This document shows positions 1 through 9,015 of a stretch of 43,965 nucleotides of DNA, in pieces (position 1 is the stretch's first letter; the number at the start of each line of letters is the position of its first letter). The notes under the pieces were generated by a model. The model had not been told where the DNA came from and ran no database searches. It saw nothing but the letters and a program-made list of their open reading frames with translations. The position numbers and the translations under genes were made by a program. This DNA comes from Actinomycetes bacterium (GTDB taxonomy: Bacteria; Actinomycetota; Geothermincolia; Geothermincolales; JAHEXQ01): positions 1 to 43,965 of the forward strand of contig JAHEXQ010000003.1 in NCBI GenBank assembly GCA_023252035.1, given 5' to 3'.

Positions 1-253
1 GCAGACGCATGATCGAGCCCTGCCGGGCCATGGACTCGAGGAGGCTGGCGGCCTTATCGGGTTCCATGCCGGCTCTCGCTGCTATAGCCGAAACCGGCTC
101 GGGCAAGGCCTGCAAACAGACAGCCATCTCCGCTTCTTCGGGCGTGAAGAGCTTCTTCAGGATGCTTAACTCGATGCCGGTCTCCGTCTGCGGGAAACCG
201 CCCGGCATCTTGTCTAAGAACTCGCGCAGTTTCGCGTAGATCTCCTCGGACAT
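1..253 (-). CDS. Partial CDS (N-terminal 84 aa, continues off the left edge). Hypothetical; the N-terminus resembles that of Fe-S/ferredoxin-domain proteins (from memory only).
   Basis: Absent from the ORF track because it has no stop in the window. The reverse complement reads MSEEIYAKLREFLDKMPGGFPQTETGIELSILKKLFTPEEAEMAVCLQALPEPVSAIAARAGMEPDKAASLLESMARQGSIMRL. The ATG is the reverse complement of 251-253, and GGAGG (reverse complement of 260-264) lies 6 nt upstream. Confidence 0.55.
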   Translation of the reverse strand, partial: MSEEIYAKLREFLDKMPGGFPQTETGIELSILKKLFTPEEAEMAVCLQALPEPVSAIAARAGMEPDKAASLLESMARQGSIMRL

Positions 254-332
254 GTTCGACCTCCCCTTTTCCCAAGCGGACAGCGGTATCCGAATATTAT
301 GGCCGTAATATTATAAGCATAATATGCTGGTG

Positions 333-805
333 TCAACATGGCGGACCTGGCAGAAGAGCGGAACGGAGTAGGGCTTCCTTGATGATCATGGCGATGAAGT
401 CGCCCTTTCGGTGCCTGCGGCGCAGCGAGACGAGCCTTATGACGCCGTATCCCATAACCAGCCCCAGGCGGCCGATGCTGCGGGCCACCGGTCTCACCCC
501 GACGACGCGCACGATCGCCTTAACCGGCCCGGAGAGGCTATGGTCCATGAAATCGCACGTAGCCCTGCGCTTCGCCTCGACGATGATGCGCTCGATGGAC
601 ACGTCGGTGATCTCTTCCACCCGGCTGAAGTGCGGGCCATGCGCTCCGTCTCTATGAAGACCATGCGGTGCTCGCGATTTTTTCCCTGCACGATGGTGCC
701 ATCGCTCAACCACTCGTGCTCCTTCGCCGATCGTTTGGGCGTTCCGCATACTCTGCAGAAGCCATTGCGGGCCACCGTTTTCGCCCCGCTCTCCGCTTGT
801 ATCAA
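333..805 (-). pseudogene. Hypothetical gene split over two overlapping minus-strand frames (494..805 and 333..749); possible frameshift
   Basis: Both frames look protein-like. The upstream frame has ...NGFCRVCGTPKRSAKEHEWLSDGTIVQGKNREHRMVFIE. The downstream frame has DGAHGPHFSRVEEITDVSIERIIVEAKRR.... They can be joined near position 650. No family recognised. Confidence 0.25.
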
Positions 806-904
806 CGGCGGCTTTCCCGAAGCCGCGTAGAAACGGGCCCGCGCATCCGCAGGCCCGTTTGGATGACCCTAAGGCAGAAACGGCAAAGCATCACTGCTCT
901 CCGG

Positions 905-2125
905 TTACTCTATCTCCTCTATGGTCAGGGGGTACTTGGAGGTCAGCTCGCAGCCGTCCTTCTGAATGACGATGGGATTCTCACAGCGGAAGCCGCATTC
1001 GTCCTCCGGTGCCGCATACTGCATGGCCAGGATGACCATCTCGTTCTCCTGGTAGACGTGGTCCGGGTCCGTCCAGTAGGGGATGGGCACGTCCGTGCTT
1101 GCTCCCACCCGCCACTCGTCTCCGAAGAGGCCGATGCCGTGCTCCACCCCGGGCACGATATAGTCGGAGAAGCCCTGCTCCTCGGCGAAATCCGTCAGCT
1201 CCGTGATGAGGCTGCCCGGCGTGGCGCCCGCCTTGTAGCGGTCGGCCACGAACTGGACGCTCCCGAGGAAGTTGTCGGCGTGCCAGCGCTTGCGGTCGGT
1301 CGTGGGCTTGAGCAGGAAGTTGTGCGAGTGGTCTCCCAGGGTAAGCTTGAACATGGCGTGCAGGTCGAACATAAGGGCGTCGCCCGCCTGGAACTCCTTG
1401 GTGGTGGGTGGGGTGCAGGCGCCCAGGCCGGTGCGCCAGCCGCTGGATATCTCGTTCAGGCCCGCGAAGTTCCACTCGGAGACGCTGCCGGCGCGGCGCA
1501 TGGCCAGCGCGGCGATGCCTCCCAGTTCCGTCTCGGTCATGCCCTTCCAGCCGCCGTTCTCGATGGCGGCGCGTGCGGCCTTGTGGCCCTCATCCACGAT
1601 GCGGCTGGCTTCCCGGAAGCGGTTGATGGTTCCCCCGTCTTTTATGAGGGAGACCTTGTCCACGATGTCGTGGGAGTTGATGAACTCGAAGTTCGGGAGC
1701 TCGCTGGTGAACCTCAGGTACTCGTAGTGGGTCAGCCAGCCCTCGGCGGTGTAGGTGGCCATGCCGGTCTCATAGCCGATGCGGCCTTTGGACAGGCCCA
1801 GCTCATCCATGATGTAGGCGGCTGTCACCTCGGCCTGCTCCGCTCCACCCGCGCCGAGGTAACCGCGCACGTGGTCCTCGTCCATCCAGGTCTCCGACAG
1901 GATGCGGGCCGAGTCGATGAAGAAGGGGAAGAGGCAGGGGTCGCCTTCCGCCGGGATGACCAGGAAGCTGCGCCAGGGCACGAAGGCATCCACGATAAAG
2001 CTCATGGTGCGTATGCGCGTGCCCAGGTACACGTCGAGGCCACGCTCGCCCATGAGGGCCTGGATGTCCCTGATGCGCTTGGGTATATCCACCCAGTAGG
2101 GATCGTTCTGGACGCTCGTAGTCAT
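905..2125 (-). CDS. M24-family metallopeptidase (Xaa-Pro peptidase / creatinase-like)
   Basis: 406-aa ORF with a creatinase-like N-domain and a pita-bread C-domain (FDLHAMFK...GDHSHNF...VEHGIGL). ATG at 2123-2125 follows GAGG. It starts 15 nt after the upstream SCP2 gene stop (2141). Confidence 0.85.
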   Translation of the reverse strand: MTTSVQNDPYWVDIPKRIRDIQALMGERGLDVYLGTRIRTMSFIVDAFVPWRSFLVIPAEGDPCLFPFFIDSARILSETWMDEDHVRGYLGAGGAEQAEVTAAYIMDELGLSKGRIGYETGMATYTAEGWLTHYEYLRFTSELPNFEFINSHDIVDKVSLIKDGGTINRFREASRIVDEGHKAARAAIENGGWKGMTETELGGIAALAMRRAGSVSEWNFAGLNEISSGWRTGLGACTPPTTKEFQAGDALMFDLHAMFKLTLGDHSHNFLLKPTTDRKRWHADNFLGSVQFVADRYKAGATPGSLITELTDFAEEQGFSDYIVPGVEHGIGLFGDEWRVGASTDVPIPYWTDPDHVYQENEMVILAMQYAAPEDECGFRCENPIVIQKDGCELTSKYPLTIEEIE

Positions 2126-2140
2126 CTGGATCGCCGCCTC

Positions 2141-2539
2141 TCAATAGTCCGTCGGGATCTTGGCCAGGACCTTGTTCAACTTGTCCACCAGTGGCGCCAG
2201 GCGCAGTGCCTTGGCCATGTTACCGCGCAGGTGTATCTTGCGACCGGTAAGGGCCCGCACCGAGCTGAGCTCGGCCCTGCTTATCTTGGCGAAGGTGTCG
2301 TAGTCCGCCGTGATCTTGAACTCGGCCTGCGGCGGTTCGCCCTCGCCGGTCTCGAAGGCGGCAACTTCGCCGTTTTCGAACTTGACGTAGAAGTAGCGGT
2401 CTTGGCCGTCCGGGCAGTTGGTGTAGATGTTGGTCATGGAACTGGAAACCTTGTTCAGCTTCTCGGGCGTCAGCTCTTCCTTGACGCGCTTGAGGGCCTC
2501 TTCGGTCCACTCGGGGCTCAGATACTTAGGATTGGCCAT
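2141..2539 (-). CDS. SCP2 sterol-binding domain protein
   Basis: Taking the internal ATG (reverse complement of 2537-2539) preceded by AGGAGAAACTC gives MANPKYLSPEWTEEALKRV.... The C-terminus ALTGRKIHLRGNMAKALRLAPLV is typical of the SCP2 fold. Confidence 0.8.
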   Translation of the reverse strand: MANPKYLSPEWTEEALKRVKEELTPEKLNKVSSSMTNIYTNCPDGQDRYFYVKFENGEVAAFETGEGEPPQAEFKITADYDTFAKISRAELSSVRALTGRKIHLRGNMAKALRLAPLVDKLNKVLAKIPTDY

Positions 2540-2706
2540 GAGTTTCTCCTTTCGCTCTCGGGCGCTAAATGGGCTCGACCGCGCGGTGACTTTCTTAGTG
2601 AATATTACCATGCACGCCGCTGAATTTTAGCAACGCTGAGGCGGCTTCATACCGAGTGCCGGGTAGTGTTATTAAAGACGGTCATTGAGAGAAAAGGAGG
2701 GGACAG

Positions 2707-3234
2707 ATGCCGCCGCACTGCGATACGCTGAATGGCCCGGTTGCCGGCGCCGCGAGGAGAGCTCTGGAAGCCGGAAACGTGAAGCTCATTCTGCCTTGGG
2801 TGAGTGAGGGTGCGGAAGAGGAACTGAAGGACGAGTTCGAGAGAGCCTTATCCGTCAGCGAGCTGGGGGAAGAAGCACGCGAGCTGGCGCAACTCTGGTT
2901 CATCGAGAACACCGTGCGCCTGCACCGTCGCGGTGAAGGCGCCCCTTACACGGGTCTGAAACCCGCCGGCTTGGATTGGGGCCCGGTGGTCCCGCGCGCA
3001 GAGCGAGCTATAGAGCAGGGCGACCCGTCGGAAGTGATCGGTTTCCTCAGGGATGCGGTCGAAGAGGCTGTGCACGCGAGATTCGAAAAGGCCATGGCCG
3101 GTAAGTCGTACGACGAAAACGATGTCGTTGCAGCCAGGCATTACGTACATGCCATGCTCGATTTTGTACTCTTCTCAGCGCACCTGTACATCTACTTGCA
3201 CGGCGGCGACCAGCACGGCGAGCACGAAAGCTAG
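2707..3234 (+). CDS. DUF6448-like protein
   Basis: AAGGAGG lies 6 nt upstream of the ATG. The N-terminal MPPHCDTLNGPV motif matches my recollection of the DUF6448 family. The C-terminus is His-rich. Confidence 0.6.
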   Translation: MPPHCDTLNGPVAGAARRALEAGNVKLILPWVSEGAEEELKDEFERALSVSELGEEARELAQLWFIENTVRLHRRGEGAPYTGLKPAGLDWGPVVPRAERAIEQGDPSEVIGFLRDAVEEAVHARFEKAMAGKSYDENDVVAARHYVHAMLDFVLFSAHLYIYLHGGDQHGEHES

Positions 3235-3261
3235 AGGTGCAGCGAGAGCCTGTCCAGCGTG

Positions 3262-3292
3262 GTTGACAAGAGGGTCTGACCCTTTTGTCAAC
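3262..3292. terminator. Long hairpin between convergent genes (candidate bidirectional terminator)
   Basis: GTTGACAAGAGGGTC / GACCCTTTTGTCAAC forms an approximately 15-bp stem with one G-T pair. It contains a TTTT run and overlaps the stop of the DUF2079 gene. Confidence 0.5.
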
Positions 3293-4826
3293 CGGGGGGC
3301 GGTTTGCGCTCGAAGAGGAACCAGCCCTGGCCGTAGTCGTGGCAGATGAAGCGGCCGTCCTGTTTCAGGCACTCGACCGCTTGCGTGATCTCTTCGGGCC
3401 ATAAGGGAAAGCTGTCCAGGCGGTCGTTGAGAACGATGTAGTCGGCCTCGCTTACGATATCGCGCTCGTTATAGAGCTTGTACAGTTCGTAGTCGGTTTT
3501 GCAGCTCTCCTCGTTCCTGAAGTAGTCGCCCGCATAGAGATAGACGTCAGGGCGATGTGACAGGTGGGGGACGGCCGCGTTCTGCGCTACCACGAAAGCA
3601 TCGGCCGGAATCGCCGCCAGCACCTTATAGCCGCTCTCCGCCGTCTCGATGCTGGAGAGCGGATTCTCTTTAGCGAACCAGGCGCCTCGTAGGAGAATAG
3701 CGCCCAGAGCCACTATCACGAAGACGGTGGCGAGATGTGCCGGATTGAGAACGAAGCGCCGGCCCGGTTCCCGCGGGGATGCGCGCTCGCTTAAGCGCCC
3801 TCTCCGCTCCAGCCAGGCCAGCGCTTCGATGGCCGCGATGGCGAAGACCACCGAAAAAGCCGCGTTGTAATGGGCGTAGGGCGACCAGTGCAGCGGGAAG
3901 TCGGACAGGAACCTCTCTGCGAAATAGGGAAGGATGACGACGGAGAAGGGTGCCAGGAGCGGCAGGAAACAGAAGGGCAGCAGCAGTAGGAACATGGTGA
4001 GGAGTTTCCCGGGCGGCCAGAAGAGGTACTGGATGACGAGCCAGGGATGCGTGACGAGCTTCAGGGCCGCCGAGCCCATGCTGGGCCCGATGTAGGAATA
4101 GTGTTGCCAGTAAGCATAACCGGCGCTGTCCGGCCGCAAGCTCGGCATTATCCTGCTCACCACCAGCACGAACCAGCCTGCGCTAACGACGCAGACCGCG
4201 ATGCCCAGGCGCCGCTTCTTCCTGAAGGCGAGGAGGTAAATGCCGAAGCCGATGACCATGAGGATGGCATCCTCCTCTACCAGCAGCATCAAGGCGAGCA
4301 TAACCAGCATCGCCCACTGCCTGTCCGTCTCCAGGAAGTAATAAGCGAAGGCCAGCAGGGGCACCACCAGGACGATGGGGTGAAAATCGAAAGCGACGGC
4401 CGCCAGGATCCCCCAGAAGCCCAGGTAGGCGAAGGCAATGGGGAGGGCCAGGCTCTGATTCCGGAGCTTGCGCTGCGCGAGCCTGTAGATGGGGAAGGCA
4501 GCGATGGCCACGAGAAAGGCCTGGGCCAGGATGAGCATGATGGGGCTTGACCATATCCAGTAGAGTGCGGCGAAGGACATGAGGACGGGATGGAAGTGAT
4601 CAGCCAGCAGCAAGGATACTCCCCGCACCGAGTTGTAGGCTATCTGCAGGTGGCTGTACTGCCAGATGGTCTGGTCAAAGATGCCCAGATCCCAGCCGCC
4701 GGAATGAAAGAGGAGATGCCTGGTCACCCCTATCGCCAAGTAGAACAGGAAGAAGAAAGCGACCACGTAGCCTATTTTTATGCGCGAAAGGCGTCTGCCG
4801 GTTCGCGCGACGAACTCGGCTTTCAT
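3288..4826 (-). CDS. DUF2079-family integral membrane protein
   Basis: Many hydrophobic spans. GGWDLGIFDQTIWQYSH and ADHFHPVL are motifs typical of DUF2079. The start is chosen at MKAEFVARTG (reverse complement of 4824-4826); the track ORF extends to 4856. Confidence 0.8.
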   Translation of the reverse strand: MKAEFVARTGRRLSRIKIGYVVAFFFLFYLAIGVTRHLLFHSGGWDLGIFDQTIWQYSHLQIAYNSVRGVSLLLADHFHPVLMSFAALYWIWSSPIMLILAQAFLVAIAAFPIYRLAQRKLRNQSLALPIAFAYLGFWGILAAVAFDFHPIVLVVPLLAFAYYFLETDRQWAMLVMLALMLLVEEDAILMVIGFGIYLLAFRKKRRLGIAVCVVSAGWFVLVVSRIMPSLRPDSAGYAYWQHYSYIGPSMGSAALKLVTHPWLVIQYLFWPPGKLLTMFLLLLPFCFLPLLAPFSVVILPYFAERFLSDFPLHWSPYAHYNAAFSVVFAIAAIEALAWLERRGRLSERASPREPGRRFVLNPAHLATVFVIVALGAILLRGAWFAKENPLSSIETAESGYKVLAAIPADAFVVAQNAAVPHLSHRPDVYLYAGDYFRNEESCKTDYELYKLYNERDIVSEADYIVLNDRLDSFPLWPEEITQAVECLKQDGRFICHDYGQGWFLFERKPPPG

Positions 4827-5059
4827 ATAGCAAGAACGTCCCCCATCCGGCTCCAATAAACATCACCCATCCTATAACACGGGCCGAGCCCCGGCAAAGC
4901 CGCGGGCTCTACCCGATTAACTAAATTCCAGGGTCCGTATTGTAGTCGGTTGTTTGAATCCGGCAAAGTCGCACGGGTATGGATTCCGGTGGCGGATGCA
5001 GGTAGAATCCCAGCAGGAACAAGCGAGTCCTGAAGTGAGTCGGAACCAAAGGAGGCCCG

Positions 5060-5686
5060 TTGGCACGAAAAGAAAAGAAAAGCGTCTATTGCTCGGGGCC
5101 GCTCTTTAGCCCGGAGGAGACCGCTACCATGGCGGCCATAGCCCGCACGCTCAAAAAAGCCGGGTATGCGCCCTTCCTGCCGCACCGGGACGGGGTGGAA
5201 GCTTTCGTGCTGAACGCCATCGACAACCCGCTGGCCAACCTCCCGATCTTTGCGCCTATCAACCGGTTCATCAGCCGGGCGACCTTCGCGCTCGATATAT
5301 ACAAGGTCTTGCAGTGCGACTATTTCGTCTTCAACATGAACGGCCGCGTGCCGGACGAAGGCGGGGTGGTGGAGACGGGAGTCGCCTTCGCCGCCGGGAA
5401 GCCCATCGTCATCTACAAGAACGACCCGCGCACGGCCTTCGGCGGAACCGACACCCTCATGCTCGCCGGCATCTCGCACATGTTCGCCCAGGTGGATAAT
5501 ATCGAGGCGATACCGGCCCGACTGGAGGAAGTCGCGGAGCGGATTGCGGCCCAGGGCGACAATCCCTACAGGGACGAGAACAGGCCGGGATTCGTGCTCC
5601 AGGTGACCGCGTTCGGCCGGAAGGTCCAGCAGGTGCCCCGGCTGGTGCGATTCTTAAAACCCCGGAACATGATGGCCTCGATGTAG
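5060..5686 (+). CDS. Nucleoside 2-deoxyribosyltransferase (NDT)-family protein, canonical motifs
   Basis: TTG start at 5060 follows AAAGGAGG. The N-terminal VYCSGPLFS and DEGGVVETGVAFAAGKP align position-for-position with the NDT GPLF and D-G-E-G-A-GxP motifs. The candidate nucleophile Glu codon is at 5372-5374. Confidence 0.8.
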   Translation: MARKEKKSVYCSGPLFSPEETATMAAIARTLKKAGYAPFLPHRDGVEAFVLNAIDNPLANLPIFAPINRFISRATFALDIYKVLQCDYFVFNMNGRVPDEGGVVETGVAFAAGKPIVIYKNDPRTAFGGTDTLMLAGISHMFAQVDNIEAIPARLEEVAERIAAQGDNPYRDENRPGFVLQVTAFGRKVQQVPRLVRFLKPRNMMASM

Positions 5687-5715
5687 AGAAGCGACATAGA
5701 AAAGCGGAGGAAATA

Positions 5716-6666
5716 TTGAGCGCAGCAGACACAAAACCGCACATCGCAGTCATGGGCAGCTTCGTGGTCGACCTGATGGCCAGGGCTCCCCATCTGCCGC
5801 GCACGGGCGAAACGGTCAAGGGCGATGGCTTCAAGATGGGCCCGGGAGGCAAGGGCTCGAACCAGGGCGTGGCCGCCCAGCGCGCCGGGGCCGAGGTGGA
5901 CATGATCACCAAGATCGGCACCGACGCTTTCAGCCGCATAGCGCTGGACAGCTTTCGCGGCGAGGGCATGCACACCCGGTGGGTGATGCAGGACCCTGAG
6001 CTGGCGACGGGGGCCGCCCTGATCATGGTGGACGACGAGACCGGCGACAACAAGATCCTGGTTACGCTGGGTGCGTGCGCCCACATGACGGACGCGGATA
6101 TCGAGGCGGCACGCGAGGTCATAGAGACGAGCGCCGTCCTTCTCACCCAACTGGAGACGAACCTGGACGCCGTGGAGAAGACGGTGAACATCGCCTCGAG
6201 TGCAGGGGTAACGGTCATCCTGAATCCCGCCCCCGCCTCCCAGGTGCCCGATGAGCTGCTTAAGCAGGTGGATATATTGACGCCCAACGAAGTGGAAGCT
6301 TCCATCCTGTCCGGCGTCTCCATCGCCAGTCCGCAGGATGCCGGCGCGGCGGCGCGAGCTCTCATGGCCAGGGGCGCCAGGAGCGTCATCATCACCCTGG
6401 GAAGCCAGGGCGTGCTGGCGATGACGGGCGAGGAGGAGCGCTTCATCCCGAGCCTCAAGGTGGATTGCGTGGACGCCACCGGGGCAGGCGATGCCTTCAG
6501 CGGGGCCCTGGCCACGGCCATCGCCGAGGGACAGGATATTTTCGAGGCCGCTCGGTTTGCCAATGTGGCCGCGGCACTGTCCGTGACCAAGCTGGGCACA
6601 GCCCCGTCCATGCCGCGCCGGAGTGAGATAGAACAGGCGCTGAGTGAACTGAAAGGCGAGAGATGA
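5716..6666 (+). CDS. rbsK: Ribokinase-family sugar kinase (ribokinase or deoxyribokinase)
   Basis: TTG start follows GGAGG. Motifs GPGGKGSNQGVAA and DATGAGDAFSGAL (anion hole / catalytic Asp). 316 aa. Confidence 0.85.
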   Translation: MSAADTKPHIAVMGSFVVDLMARAPHLPRTGETVKGDGFKMGPGGKGSNQGVAAQRAGAEVDMITKIGTDAFSRIALDSFRGEGMHTRWVMQDPELATGAALIMVDDETGDNKILVTLGACAHMTDADIEAAREVIETSAVLLTQLETNLDAVEKTVNIASSAGVTVILNPAPASQVPDELLKQVDILTPNEVEASILSGVSIASPQDAGAAARALMARGARSVIITLGSQGVLAMTGEEERFIPSLKVDCVDATGAGDAFSGALATAIAEGQDIFEAARFANVAAALSVTKLGTAPSMPRRSEIEQALSELKGER

Positions 6667-7328
6667 TAGAGGTCAGCAAGTACATAGATGCCACGCTGCT
6701 CAAGCCGGAGGCAACGGAAGCGGACATCGTCAAGCTCTGCGGAGACGCGCGGAAATACGGATTCGCCTCGGTCTGCGTGAACCCCTACTGGACGGAACTG
6801 GTCAGTCGGAGCCTGGAGGGAAGCGAGGTTAAAACCTGCGTCGTCATCGGGTTTCCTTTGGGGGCGACGGGACGCGAGGTTAAGCTCTGCGAAGCCGCAT
6901 ACGCGCTGGAGCGAGGCGCGCGCGAACTGGACATGGTCATGAACATCGGGGCCTTCAAGAGCCGGCAACCGGATGTGGTGGAGGGGGAGATTCGCGCTGT
7001 GGTTGCGGCTTGCGCCGGGAACGCTCTGGTCAAGGTGATACTGGAGTGCTGCCTGCTGAGCGACCAGGAGAAGGTCGCAGCCTGCGAGATCGCCGTCGCG
7101 GCCGGTGCGCATTTCGTGAAGACCTCCACCGGCTTCAGCTCGAGCGGCGCCACGGTGGAAGACGTGAAGCTGCTGAAGGAGACGGTCCGGGGGCGCGCGG
7201 CGGTCAAGGCTTCCGGGGGCATCCGGGATCTATGGGCGGCCCTGAGCATGATCGAGGCCGGGGCCGACCGCATCGGGACGAGCGCCGGAGCGGCGCTGGT
7301 GACCGAGGCGCAGGGCAAGGGAGGCTGA
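6663..7328 (+). CDS. deoC: Deoxyribose-phosphate aldolase
   Basis: ATGA start/stop overlap with rbsK. IDATLLKPEAT, VCVNP and FVKTSTGF (Schiff-base Lys), followed by KASGGIR. 221 aa. Confidence 0.9.
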   Translation: MIEVSKYIDATLLKPEATEADIVKLCGDARKYGFASVCVNPYWTELVSRSLEGSEVKTCVVIGFPLGATGREVKLCEAAYALERGARELDMVMNIGAFKSRQPDVVEGEIRAVVAACAGNALVKVILECCLLSDQEKVAACEIAVAAGAHFVKTSTGFSSSGATVEDVKLLKETVRGRAAVKASGGIRDLWAALSMIEAGADRIGTSAGAALVTEAQGKGG

Positions 7329-7985
7329 ATGGCTTACAGCAAAGGACTGGTATATCTGGCCGGGCCGGCCTACATCTCGGAGGAAGCGCACGCCCTGGAG
7401 GTCATAGCGGGGCGGCTCATTCGCAAGGGCTGGGAGGTATATATCCCCGCAACCCAGGGGCTGGAGCCGCATTTCCTGGCCCTGGCCGCGGCGCCGCCTG
7501 ACGGCGGGTTGCAGCGCTTCCGTGAGGTACTGGAGAAGGCCGCCTTCGCGATGGAGATATTCCAAGTGGTGGAGCGGTGCGATGCTCTCGTCTTCAACAT
7601 GAACGGCCGCGTCCCCGACGAAGGGGGAGTCTTCAAGACGGCTGTGGCTTTCGCCGCCGGGAAACCGCTCATCCTGTACAAACGGGATCACCGGTCCAAG
7701 CTGCACGGCAACGACAACGCTATGATACCCGGGCTTTCCTATAGCTTCTCCAACGTGAGGAAGGCCAAGAAGATACCTGGGAAGTTGGAGCAAGCCCTGC
7801 GGAAGTCTGAGGGGTTCGCGGGCCGTCCCTATGCCGGCGATGCCGTTCCCCCCTTCGTGCGACACATAACGGACCAGGGGCGCCAGGTTTGGGAGGTTCT
7901 CCAGCGTTTCGTGGAGCGAGCCGGCGCACGCGAACCTTCGGCCCTGGAGGCCCTGTACGAGGAACTCTCCCGCATATTCGCATAA
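7329..7985 (+). CDS. NDT-family paralogue with Lys in place of the nucleophile Glu
   Basis: The ATG directly abuts the deoC TGA (7326-7328). VYLAGPAYIS and FNMNGRVPDEGGVFKTAVAFAAGKP parallel the first paralogue, but the Glu position is Lys (codon 7635-7637). Confidence 0.75.
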   Translation: MAYSKGLVYLAGPAYISEEAHALEVIAGRLIRKGWEVYIPATQGLEPHFLALAAAPPDGGLQRFREVLEKAAFAMEIFQVVERCDALVFNMNGRVPDEGGVFKTAVAFAAGKPLILYKRDHRSKLHGNDNAMIPGLSYSFSNVRKAKKIPGKLEQALRKSEGFAGRPYAGDAVPPFVRHITDQGRQVWEVLQRFVERAGAREPSALEALYEELSRIFA

Positions 7986-7988
7986 CAA

Positions 7989-8015
7989 GGGCCCCGGCTC
8001 CGCCGGGGCCCTTTT
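7989..8015 (+). terminator. Rho-independent terminator of the NDT-rbsK-deoC-NDT operon
   Basis: GGGCCCCGGC-TCC-GCCGGGGCCC is a perfect 10-bp GC stem followed by TTTT. It lies 4 nt after the stop. Confidence 0.85.
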
Positions 8016-8106
8016 CGCTTCCCCATTATCCTTAGCGGGAATTTGCGACCTCGCGTTTTCAGACCCGTGTTGTGGTAAGCTCGCAAGAGGTTTAAGAAAA
8101 CGAGGG

Positions 8107-8913
8107 ATGCTGGTGCGAAGAAAGAAACTCGTGGCGGCTGTTCCTTTGTTGCTGTCAGCCCTGTTGCTGCCGGGCCTGGGCTGCCGGTCAATTGCTCCTG
8201 CCGGTGGCGGCGGGGAGGCGGAGAGCCTGAACCCTCCGCCCGGCAGCCCCACCGTGGCCATCTGCGTGGACGATGTCGGTAACGGCGACGATTATCTTCC
8301 TGAATGGCTGGCCATCGAGGCGCCGCTCACCTTCGCCATCCTGCCTTACTCGGCCAAGACCACTTCCGATGCACAGACCCTGCAGGCCGCGGGACAGCAG
8401 GTGCTGCTCCACCTGCCTGAGGAGAACGACCCGCCGCACTCCTTCTCAGGCCAGGGCCAGGTCACCTGCGCCATGGAACAGGCGTCGGTGGACCAGGTCC
8501 TGGATGCGGATGCTGCCCAGATTCCCGGCATGGTAGGGCTCAATAACCACCAGGGCGGGAAGGCCGGAAACGATATCGGCCTGCAGAGGCGCGTTGTGGA
8601 CTGGGCCAGGCGGCACGGCGTTTTCGTTCTCGACAGCAACGCTTCTTCTCATCCGGTCGCCTATATCGCCGCGGGCGAGGTCGGGATGCCCGTGCGCATC
8701 AGCAACATCTTCCTGGATGATGAGACGGGCGCGCAGAGCATCCGGGATGCTCTGCGCCTTCTGGCGGCCAAGGCGCGCGTTTGGGGTACGGCGATCGGCA
8801 TCTGTCACTTCGCTCGTCCCGGCACCGCCGCGGTAATGGGGGAGATGATCCCCGTCCTGCAGGCTGAGGGCATCCGCTTCGAGTTCGTCTCCAACGTCAC
8901 CAACCACCCCTGA
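8107..8913 (+). CDS. Divergent polysaccharide deacetylase (YibQ/DUF610-like) lipoprotein
   Basis: Signal peptide with lipobox LLPGLGC. GLNNHQGGKAG motif. 268 aa. Confidence 0.7.
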   Translation: MLVRRKKLVAAVPLLLSALLLPGLGCRSIAPAGGGGEAESLNPPPGSPTVAICVDDVGNGDDYLPEWLAIEAPLTFAILPYSAKTTSDAQTLQAAGQQVLLHLPEENDPPHSFSGQGQVTCAMEQASVDQVLDADAAQIPGMVGLNNHQGGKAGNDIGLQRRVVDWARRHGVFVLDSNASSHPVAYIAAGEVGMPVRISNIFLDDETGAQSIRDALRLLAAKARVWGTAIGICHFARPGTAAVMGEMIPVLQAEGIRFEFVSNVTNHP

Positions 8914-9015
8914 CCGATTTATTGAATTCTGCGGTCAGACCCCAGAATTTAATAACGCCCGCCGAACCCAAGTCACGGCTGCATTAACACACGTCGGGCC
9001 GGGAAGAATAGCGGC

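Noticed and set aside
668-2623. 651-aa plus-strand ORF, the longest in this part of the ORF track
   Set aside because: It runs antisense across the M24 peptidase and SCP2 genes. The composition is Arg/Ala/Gly/Leu/Val-dominated and low-complexity, typical of shadow ORFs in high-GC DNA. No motifs were found, whereas the minus-strand genes have clear family signatures and RBSs.
4857-5059. Possible purine/2'-deoxyguanosine-type riboswitch upstream of the deoxynucleoside operon
   Set aside because: This was attractive given the operon content. However, I could not find the conserved purine-riboswitch junction and loop sequences or a convincing three-way junction. Only a generic GC hairpin (about 4890-4915) is present.
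5457-8261. Long minus-strand ORFs 5457..7112 (551 aa) and 7230..8261 (343 aa)
   Set aside because: They are antisense to the NDT / rbsK / deoC / NDT operon, whose products have unambiguous motifs. The translations are Ala/Arg/Ser/Pro-rich shadow frames.
8920-8965. AATTCTG...CAGAATT inverted repeat after the deacetylase gene as a terminator
   Set aside because: The stem is only 7 bp and AT-rich, the loop is 11 nt, and there is no T-tract. This is too weak to call.
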